A stretch of DNA of 32,000 bases, from positions 2,640,001 through 2,672,000 of the forward strand of contig FP565575.1 of NCBI GenBank assembly GCA_000091165.1, in the 5' to 3' direction. How positions within the stretch are numbered: the stretch's first letter is position 1; each line of letters starts with the position of its first letter. This DNA comes from Candidatus Methylomirabilis oxygeniifera (GTDB lineage: Bacteria; Methylomirabilota; Methylomirabilia; Methylomirabilales; Methylomirabilaceae). This document shows, piece after piece, positions 23,874-31,006 of this stretch. Both the position numbers and the translations under genes were made by a program. Below the pieces are notes generated by a model. It searched no databases, had not been told where the DNA came from, and saw nothing but the letters and a program-made list of their open reading frames with translations.

Positions 23874-25628
23874 ATGCGGTTTTTGATCACCATTATTCGG
23901 AAGTATCCCCGCCGAAGCGCGCTGACGATGGTCTGCCTGCTGTTTGCGAGCGTTGCAGAGGGGGTCGGGCTCCTCATGCTGCTGCCCGTGCTCAGCGTGG
24001 CGACCGACAATCAGACCCGGGACACCGGTTCTCACCTGTTCGGAACGGAGCAGTTTCTGATGCAGGCGTTATCAGTCGTGGGGCTGACGCCGACGGTCGG
24101 CACGTTGCTGATTCTTATCGTCCTCTGTGTGGCGGTTAAATCGGCCTTCACCCTGTTGGCGAAAATTCAGGTCGGATACACTGTGACGCACGTCGCCACC
24201 GGTTTGCGGCTTTCTCTGCTGCAAACCCTGCTGGCTACACGGTGGGAGTATTACGTACGGCAACCGGTCGGGAGCTTAGCCAACGCGGTAGGCACTGAGG
24301 CGATGCGGGCGGCACTGGCGTATCTTGAAGGCGCCAAAGGCATCACCTTATTCGTTGAAGCCATCGTCTATGCAGGTGTGGCCTTCGTTGTTGCAGGGAA
24401 GGCGACCTTGACGTTTCTGATTCCAGGAGTATTGATCCTCTACGGTCTCAGCTATCTCGTTCGTATGGCGCATCAGGCGGGAACCCGCCAGACCAGATTA
24501 TTGAAATCCCTTGTGGCCGGCTTGACGGATAGCCTCCAATCCATTAAACCACTCAAGGCAATGGCGCGGGAAGAGCTGATCGGTCCATCGCTTCAGTCCA
24601 GCACCAGGCGCTTGAACCGGGCGGTCCGGCGAGACGTGCTGAGTACGGAGGCCCTGAGTTCCTCTCAGGATCTCGGGCTGGCGATCGTCATTGCTGTCGG
24701 GTTATACCTGGCTTTGAGTCGGTGGAATATGCCCCTGAATGCCGTCATGGTGATGGTCCTTCTTCTTGCTCGAATGCTGACCTGTCTTGCCAAGACGCAA
24801 CGGCAATACCAAAAAATGCGAACCCTTGAAAGCGCCTTCTGGTCATTGCGGGCTGCGATCGACGGCGCGAACCGTGATCGCGAAACGGAACCCGGAGGCG
24901 CGTCTCCCAGCCTCGAAAGGTCTCTTCGCCTGGACAAGGTCAGCTTCGGATATGACAAGCAATGGGTGCTTCGGGATGCGTCGCTGACCATTCCTGCGGG
25001 ATCATTCACTGTCATCATAGGGCCTTCAGGGGCCGGCAAGACGACGGTTGCCGATCTGTTGACGGGCCTGTTGCGCCCGCAGCAAGGCTGCGTCTGGATC
25101 GACGATCTGCCGTTAGACCGGATTGATTTGAGGCAGTGGCGGCGGATGATCGGGTACGTGCCGCAAGAGCCTTTCCTCCTTCACGACACCGTGCTGCAGA
25201 ACGTGACGCTTGGCGATCCCGGTCTGAACGAGGCCGATGCCGAGGCGGCACTGCGTGCCGCCGGCGCCTGGGACTTTGTGACGGCACAACCGTCCGGGAT
25301 CCACAGCTCGGTCGGAGAACGCGGCACCGCACTTTCCGGAGGCCAGCGGCAACGCATTGCGATCGCCAGGGCGTTGGTGCATCGGCCGAAGCTGCTGATC
25401 CTGGATGAGGTGACCAGCGCGCTTGATCAGGAGAATACGGCGACGATTTGCCGAACGCTGCGCGGTCTTCGTGGTCGACTGACCATCGTGGCGATCTCAC
25501 ACGAGTCTGCCGTGGTAGAGAGCGGCGACAGGGTCTATCGGATACACAAGGGCGAAGCGTCTTTAGTCACCAACGGCTGCGATTCGGATGTGGTCTTCGG
25601 TGGATCGGTGAAACAATCTCAAAGGTAG
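23874..25628 (+). CDS. ABC exporter, fused TMD-NBD (MsbA-like lipid/polar-lipid exporter)
   Basis: 584 aa from ATG 23874 (GTG 23862 is an alternative). A six-TM N-terminal domain is followed by Walker A GPSGAGKTT, signature LSGGQRQRIAIARAL and Walker B LLILDEVTSALD. Confidence 0.9.
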   Translation: MRFLITIIRKYPRRSALTMVCLLFASVAEGVGLLMLLPVLSVATDNQTRDTGSHLFGTEQFLMQALSVVGLTPTVGTLLILIVLCVAVKSAFTLLAKIQVGYTVTHVATGLRLSLLQTLLATRWEYYVRQPVGSLANAVGTEAMRAALAYLEGAKGITLFVEAIVYAGVAFVVAGKATLTFLIPGVLILYGLSYLVRMAHQAGTRQTRLLKSLVAGLTDSLQSIKPLKAMAREELIGPSLQSSTRRLNRAVRRDVLSTEALSSSQDLGLAIVIAVGLYLALSRWNMPLNAVMVMVLLLARMLTCLAKTQRQYQKMRTLESAFWSLRAAIDGANRDRETEPGGASPSLERSLRLDKVSFGYDKQWVLRDASLTIPAGSFTVIIGPSGAGKTTVADLLTGLLRPQQGCVWIDDLPLDRIDLRQWRRMIGYVPQEPFLLHDTVLQNVTLGDPGLNEADAEAALRAAGAWDFVTAQPSGIHSSVGERGTALSGGQRQRIAIARALVHRPKLLILDEVTSALDQENTATICRTLRGLRGRLTIVAISHESAVVESGDRVYRIHKGEASLVTNGCDSDVVFGGSVKQSQR

Positions 25629-25682
25629 AGAGTCGGAATGGCTGCGCAGTAGTCCCTCCTCGCGGAAGGGATGCGGATGACC

Positions 25683-25711
25683 TTGACTAAACCGACGCGA
25701 GCATATAGTAT
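25683..25711 (+). promoter_or_regulatory. Sigma70-like promoter candidate (TTGACT-17-TAGTAT)
   Basis: TTGACT at 25683-25688 and TAGTAT at 25706-25711 (TATAGT at 25704-25709). It lies in the 184-nt gap between the ABC exporter and the CDP-alcohol phosphotransferase gene. Confidence 0.35.
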
Positions 25712-25812
25712 AAGTTGCTGTTTTTAACCTCGCCTTCCGAACGCGTGACCCGGTATCGGGATAACGGCGGGGCGGCGTCCCGCATTCCCAGAAAGTGTAT
25801 TCGTTTCACGTC

Positions 25813-27018
25813 ATGACCGTATACGCCCACATACTCGGAGAGGCTCCAGCCACGCTATGGGGGCTTTCATCCAGAGAGCGCTACCGTCGTGTACTGGCGC
25901 CGGTCGGTGTCACCGCGATTGCGGATGATCTCTCCTCGTTGCGTCCGGACGATTCGGTGTTGATTGTTCGAGGGGATTATCTCTTGGACAGCCGCGTCCT
26001 CCAGGGCTTGACTGAGTCCTTACACGTCATGATTGAGGCGCCGGCCGGGCCATCGCGTGCGCTTATCGTAGCTCACGTGCCGGCCAATCTGGCAATGGAG
26101 GCGAGGGCGGTTCTCTCCCTGGAAAAGGGTGCGGCACTCCCGCCATCCGTTCGTATCGAAAAGCTTGAAGACCAACTGGTCTCATTCGATAGGCGGTTGC
26201 GCAAAGCGGAGCCACCCTTTGCGGAACCGATCAGGGCCGATACGAAACGGGCGTTGGAGGAGCGCCTATTTTCCAGTTCGTATAAAGGCGTGACCGATCT
26301 CGTCACGAAGTGGCTGTGGCCTTCGCCTGCCAAATGGGCCGTACATCTGTGCGTAGCCGCCGGGCTGAGACCCAACCATGTGACCGCGGTCAGTGTGCTG
26401 TTAGTCATAGCGGCTGCGATCCTTTTTGCGAAAGGTCTCTACGGGTGGGGTCTTGCCGCCGGATGGTTCATGACCTTTCTTGATACGGTGGATGGCAAGC
26501 TTGCTCGGGTGACGGTCACCAGCACCAGATTTGGGCACCTGCTTGACCACGTGTTGGATCTGGTACATCCGCCCTTCTGGTACCTGCTGTGGGGATTCGG
26601 ACTGGAGTCATTCGCCCCTGGCATTCCGTGGCTGACCCTGCGTGTGGTGATATGGGCGATTTTCATTGGATACATTGGCGGACGTCTTGTCGAGGGGATA
26701 TTCAGAAAGTGGCTTGCCGGTTTTGTCATCTTCTGCTGGCGTCCTTTTGACTCGTACTTCCGATTGGTAACGGCCAGGCGCAACCCGAATATGATTCTGC
26801 TCACCGCAAGCCTCATCTTCAGCAGGCCGGACCTGGGATTAGTGGCGGTTGCCGAGTGGACAGTGCTGTCGACGCTTGTGCTCCTGCTCCGCCTCGGCAT
26901 TGCCTTCTATGCGCGCACGCATGGACCGTTGCGATCCTGGCTGGCCGACGATACCGGGCGTGCCGGCAACGGCTCGCTCGCCGTACGGCTGTTTGTCCAT
27001 CAAGTTCCCACTCCGTAA
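25813..27018 (+). CDS. CDP-alcohol phosphotransferase with N-terminal extra domain (DIPPS-like architecture)
   Basis: 401 aa from ATG 25813 (GTG 25795 is an alternative). A perfect CDP-OH-P signature D-x2-DG-x2-AR-x8-G-x3-D-x3-D (DTVDGKLARVTVTSTRFGHLLDHVLD) is encoded at 26482-26559. It is preceded by ~155 soluble residues and then YKGVTDLVTKWLW...RPNHVT. Confidence 0.85.
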   Translation: MTVYAHILGEAPATLWGLSSRERYRRVLAPVGVTAIADDLSSLRPDDSVLIVRGDYLLDSRVLQGLTESLHVMIEAPAGPSRALIVAHVPANLAMEARAVLSLEKGAALPPSVRIEKLEDQLVSFDRRLRKAEPPFAEPIRADTKRALEERLFSSSYKGVTDLVTKWLWPSPAKWAVHLCVAAGLRPNHVTAVSVLLVIAAAILFAKGLYGWGLAAGWFMTFLDTVDGKLARVTVTSTRFGHLLDHVLDLVHPPFWYLLWGFGLESFAPGIPWLTLRVVIWAIFIGYIGGRLVEGIFRKWLAGFVIFCWRPFDSYFRLVTARRNPNMILLTASLIFSRPDLGLVAVAEWTVLSTLVLLLRLGIAFYARTHGPLRSWLADDTGRAGNGSLAVRLFVHQVPTP

Positions 27019-27048
27019 GTCGGGAGTGGCAGAGGACGATTTCACGCT

Positions 27049-28095
27049 ATGTTGCAAGGTATGATGCCAGCGCACGGGAAGAGTGACGCGAGTCGTGCAT
27101 CCGGTGCGTGCCTGCCGTTGGACAAACACGGCACGAGGCGGGTCGGCGTGCTGATCAACCCGGAGAGCGGGACGAATCGAGAGGGTCTTCAGGCCCTCCT
27201 ACACGTCCTGGACCAGTATAAGCCGGTGATCCACCGGTATGTCGTCGGCCCGGCAAGTGTAGCCGGCGCTCTTGCGGCAATGGCTGCCCAGCGAGTGGAT
27301 GTCGTGGCTGTCTGCGGTGGGGATGGAACCGTCCAGGCTGTGTTGACTGCCCTGTTACACAACGGACCCTTTGCCGCATTGCCGTCCCTGGCGCTCATTG
27401 CAGGAGGGACCTCGAATATGACCGCTGCCGATGTCGGCGTAGTCGGCAAGCCGGCGCGGGCATTGCGGCGCCTGTTGGCATGGTCTGAGGGAAGGGGCCC
27501 GACGGGTCAGGTTGTGCGACGGGCGATCCTGCGAGTGGATGGCGGGGCGGACCGCGCGCCGCAGTTTGGGATGTTTTTCAGCGCGGCCGGCATCGTCGAC
27601 GTCACCCGCGCCCGATGGGCGACCCGTCGGCGGGCCAGATCGAAACCGATGCGCGGCGCCTTGGGGACGGCTGTTACGGTCAGCCGGTATCTGCTGGGTC
27701 TTGCGCTTGGACGTCGAGTTGTCGAACCGACTCCGATCTCGGTCCGCTTAGACGGTCGGTCACACAGTGCGAATAACTACCTCGCGCTGTTCATCACGAC
27801 CTTGGAACGGTTAAATCCCGGGATACGACCATACTGGGGCGAGGGACATGGTCCGCTCAGGTATACGGCGGTGGCCTATCAACCGCGGAACCTGCTGCTG
27901 GCTGCGCCTTCGCTTATCCGTGGCAGACGCAGCCGATACCTGACGCCGGAGTCCGGGTATGCGAGCGGGAATATCCATGAAGCCGTGTTGCAACTTCAGA
28001 CGGAATGCGCGCTTGACGGAGAACTACTCGGGAGCGCGACGCCGCGCCCACTCGCGGTAACTTGCGGAGGGGAGGTTAACTTTGTACGATTATGA
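27049..28095 (+). CDS. Lipid kinase of the DAGK-catalytic-domain family (YegS/BmrU/sphingosine-ceramide kinase-like)
   Basis: 348 aa with VGVLINPESG, VCGGDGTVQAV and IAGGTSNMTAADVG, the canonical DAGK_cat motifs. Confidence 0.8.
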   Translation: MLQGMMPAHGKSDASRASGACLPLDKHGTRRVGVLINPESGTNREGLQALLHVLDQYKPVIHRYVVGPASVAGALAAMAAQRVDVVAVCGGDGTVQAVLTALLHNGPFAALPSLALIAGGTSNMTAADVGVVGKPARALRRLLAWSEGRGPTGQVVRRAILRVDGGADRAPQFGMFFSAAGIVDVTRARWATRRRARSKPMRGALGTAVTVSRYLLGLALGRRVVEPTPISVRLDGRSHSANNYLALFITTLERLNPGIRPYWGEGHGPLRYTAVAYQPRNLLLAAPSLIRGRRSRYLTPESGYASGNIHEAVLQLQTECALDGELLGSATPRPLAVTCGGEVNFVRL

Positions 28096-29203
28096 AAAAA
28101 AAGCGGCGGTTGTCGCTCAGCAAGAGACTCCGGATTTTTCCCGCCGGGAGATCAAGAAGCTCGTTCACGATCTATTCACGCCCAAGCCGCTACTCTATTG
28201 GACCGATTTCCTGGTTACGGTGTCCATCGGGTACGGTTTTGCCGCAATCTACCTGACGGCGCCGGCCTTCTCGCTGCTTCAGATTGCCGCAATGTTGTTG
28301 TCCGGACTGGCGTTGTTTCGGGTCGGCATCTTCATTCATGAGCTTGTCCACAGGGAGGAACCCTCCATGATAGGATTTCATATCGCCTGGAATCTTCTTG
28401 TCGGGATGCCCCTGCTCATGCATTCATTTCTGTACAGGAATCACCTCGACCATCATCACCCACGCAAGTTCGGAACGCCCGCCGATGGTGAGTATCTACC
28501 CCTGGGCTCGGCTCCCCTTCGAGAAACTGCGTTGTATTTCGCACAAGTCCCGGTCCTGCCGATCATGGCCGCCTTCCGCTTTCTGATCCTCGTGCCGTTG
28601 TCGTTCCTGAATCCCCGTTGGCGAAGGTGGCTCCTCGAGTGTCGGTCATCCTATGCGATCGATCCCTACTATAGGCGCACCATCCCATCAACGGAACGTC
28701 TGGATCTCTGGGCTGCGCTTGACCTGCTCGGCTTTGTCTGGGTGGTCGGTGCTCTTACCTTGATTCTCAGCGGTGTGATCGCATGGACGACGATCGGGCT
28801 CTTGTATTGCCTGGCCATCTGGACGATCGGCCTGAACTGGATTCGTACTCTTGCTGCGCACCGGTTTATGAATGAGGGCGGCAACATGACGTATGAGGAG
28901 CAGGTTGAAGACTCCCTCACCATCGGGGGGCATTCCCTCCTGTCGTATCTCCTGTTTCCGATCGGTTTGCGGTACCACACCATTCATCACCTGTTCCCGC
29001 TGATGCCCTATCATGCGATGGGCGAGGCGCATCGCCGCCTGATGAATGGGCTTCCCGAAGACTCGGTGTACAGAAAGACGATCGTCCCCGGTTTGGTGGC
29101 TGTGCTCCGAGATCTCCTGCGTCACGCCAGTCTGGCAGGAAAGGCCGGCCGCAATCCGATGCAGGTGTGGCGCCATCCGGAAACGGCGACGTATGCGCGA
29201 TAA
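28082..29203 (+). CDS. Membrane fatty-acid desaturase-family enzyme (candidate sphingolipid desaturase/hydroxylase)
   Basis: 373 aa. The TTG start at 28082 overlaps the kinase gene by 14 nt, and there is no in-frame ATG before residue 71. Three His boxes are present (HELVH, HLDHHH, HTIHHLFP) with flanking TM segments. Confidence 0.8.
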   Translation: MYDYEKKAAVVAQQETPDFSRREIKKLVHDLFTPKPLLYWTDFLVTVSIGYGFAAIYLTAPAFSLLQIAAMLLSGLALFRVGIFIHELVHREEPSMIGFHIAWNLLVGMPLLMHSFLYRNHLDHHHPRKFGTPADGEYLPLGSAPLRETALYFAQVPVLPIMAAFRFLILVPLSFLNPRWRRWLLECRSSYAIDPYYRRTIPSTERLDLWAALDLLGFVWVVGALTLILSGVIAWTTIGLLYCLAIWTIGLNWIRTLAAHRFMNEGGNMTYEEQVEDSLTIGGHSLLSYLLFPIGLRYHTIHHLFPLMPYHAMGEAHRRLMNGLPEDSVYRKTIVPGLVAVLRDLLRHASLAGKAGRNPMQVWRHPETATYAR

Positions 29204-30155
29204 ACCGGCGGCGTGGACGCGGCTCACCTCTTTCATCGAACAGTATAGCGCGAGACCTGTGACGCCGGGGATTCGTGCGCTGGCCGACGCGCTTCTAAAG
29301 CAGTACGGCAACGGCGCTGCCGCAATACTCGCATACGGTTCCTGCTTTCGCAACCGGACGGATGAGGGGCTTGTCGACCTGTGCGTGCTGGTCGACAGCT
29401 ACCGGTCTCTCCCTGGAGCCGTATGGCAGCACTGGCTCTACCGGGTCCTACCTCCCACGGTATTTTATCTGGAGATCCCGCACAACGGCCGCCGGCTTCG
29501 GGCAAAATATATCGTGATCTCACGCGAAGATTTCGAGCGAGGCGTCTCGCCGCGCTGTTTCTATTCGTATCTCTGGGGTAGGTTCGCACAACCTGCGGGG
29601 GTACTGTATGCCAGAGACGAGCGAAACGCCCATCGGGTCTACAAGGCATTAGCCCAGGCCGTCGTCACATTTGTGGGTCGTGTCGTGCCGATTCTGCCGT
29701 CTATGTTCGATGCCCGCGATCTGTGGCAACAGGGGCTGCGCCTGAGCTATGGCACTGAATTGAGACCTGAGCGGACGGACGCCGTCGCGCGGCTGGTTGA
29801 CCACTCTTTTGATTACTATGAGCAGATCAGTCGCATCGGAATGGAGTGCGTGCAGTTCGATGTGCGACCGATCGACGAGGCTCGGACAACCAGATACCGT
29901 GCGGCAATCCCGGACTCGATCCGTTTCATTGCCGACCTTGCATGGCGCATTCGGAAAGTACACGGAAAAATACTGAACGTCCTGCGTCTGCTGAAAGGAC
30001 TATTCACGTTCAAGAGCGGCAGGGACTATATCCTGTGGAAGATCGAACGACATTCCGGCATGAAAGTAGAAGTGCCGCCGTTCTACGAGCGTTACCCATG
30101 GTTCGCAACGGCGTTGATCCTCGGAAGGCTCTATCGGCGCGGGGCGTTCCGTTAG
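29193..30155 (+). CDS. Tam41/Mmp37-like nucleotidyltransferase (putative lipid-phosphate cytidylyltransferase)
   Basis: 320 aa from ATG 29193, overlapping the desaturase stop by 11 nt. Collinear resemblances to Tam41, from memory of its motifs: AYGSCF (YGSGVF), VDLCVLVD (IDFI..V), VFYLEIPHNGRRLRAKYIVISREDF (VYFN....NG..IKYGVVS...L), YLWGRFAQP (YLAGRLQKP) and LSYGTELRPE (ISY.GD.RM.E). The coding call is strong. The family call is moderate. Confidence 0.55.
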   Translation: MRDKPAAWTRLTSFIEQYSARPVTPGIRALADALLKQYGNGAAAILAYGSCFRNRTDEGLVDLCVLVDSYRSLPGAVWQHWLYRVLPPTVFYLEIPHNGRRLRAKYIVISREDFERGVSPRCFYSYLWGRFAQPAGVLYARDERNAHRVYKALAQAVVTFVGRVVPILPSMFDARDLWQQGLRLSYGTELRPERTDAVARLVDHSFDYYEQISRIGMECVQFDVRPIDEARTTRYRAAIPDSIRFIADLAWRIRKVHGKILNVLRLLKGLFTFKSGRDYILWKIERHSGMKVEVPPFYERYPWFATALILGRLYRRGAFR

Positions 30156-30172
30156 GGGACGATCGGTCAGCC

Positions 30173-30688
30173 ATGAATCGCGTACCGGCTATCTTATCCA
30201 GCCTTTTGCTCGCGTACCTGCTCTTACTGCCATGGAATGTGCAAGCCCTGATCGAAGCAACCGAGGGGGCATGCACCCGCACTTCCGCCGCCATCGATGT
30301 TCGAGTACAGGGGGTGAGGAGCGATCGCGGCAACATTATGTTCGTCCTGTACGGCGACAATCCAGACGATTTTCTGGTAAAAGGGAAGAGGATCTTTAAG
30401 CAACAGTTTGCCGCGAAGCGCGGAACCGTGGCGTTCTGCGTGATCGTCCAAAAGGCGGGCGCCTATGCCGCCAGTGTGTACCACGATGAAAACGGCAACA
30501 AGAAATTTGATAGGAACTGGATCGGAATACCCGCCGAGGGCGCCGGTTTCTCGAATAATCCCACGCTGCTGTTAGGCCCACCCAGCCATGCGCAAGCGGC
30601 GTTTCAGGTCTCGAACGGCCCCAAGCGCGTGGAGATCCAGCTCAATTATTCCATCGTATCCGGACGACAAAGCCCTAATCTGCCATAG
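30173..30688 (+). CDS. Exported DUF2141-family protein
   Basis: 171 aa from ATG 30173 with a signal peptide (MNRVPAILSSLLLAYLLLLPWNVQA). It has SDRGNIMFVLY..., YHDENGNKKFDRNWIGIPAEGAGFSNN and ..I.L, as in DUF2141. Confidence 0.7.
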   Translation: MNRVPAILSSLLLAYLLLLPWNVQALIEATEGACTRTSAAIDVRVQGVRSDRGNIMFVLYGDNPDDFLVKGKRIFKQQFAAKRGTVAFCVIVQKAGAYAASVYHDENGNKKFDRNWIGIPAEGAGFSNNPTLLLGPPSHAQAAFQVSNGPKRVEIQLNYSIVSGRQSPNLP

Positions 30689-30968
30689 TCAAGGACCGGT
30701 CGCTTTCGAAGTTGAAGATTGCCCCATATTCCAAAGTAGATTATCAACATGCACCAAAAGTATATGAATGGCGGCGCAGGAGCTCCGGTACATGTTGGAG
30801 AGGTTCAGTCCTCTGGCCGGAGGAATGAAGGTGTTACCGAAAGGTCATCTGCTTGCCGTTATCTCGATATGGGCGGGTAGGTATTAGGTTCCCCCGCGTA
30901 CACTCCTTATTTCCGGGGAGAGGCGCACCCCGGCTGGCGAACGAGACGACTGCGCCCCACTATGGCTC

Positions 30969-30992
30969 GCGGGCCGCACGGCCCGCCTTTTT
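30969..30992 (+). terminator. Rho-independent terminator
   Basis: A 7-bp all-GC stem GCGGGCC (30969-30975) / GGCCCGC (30980-30986) with loop GCAC, then C and TTTTT (30988-30992). The T-run is present only on the + strand. Confidence 0.65.
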
Positions 30993-31006
30993 ACGGAGGC
31001 TCCATA

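Noticed and set aside
30773-30956. Long-range pairing GGCGCAG (30773-30779) with CTGCGCC (30950-30956) that would close a ~180-nt structured RNA
   Set aside because: It is only 7 bp and does not extend when I check the flanking bases. A 7-mer complement within 200 nt is expected by chance, so I do not use it as evidence for a defined ncRNA.
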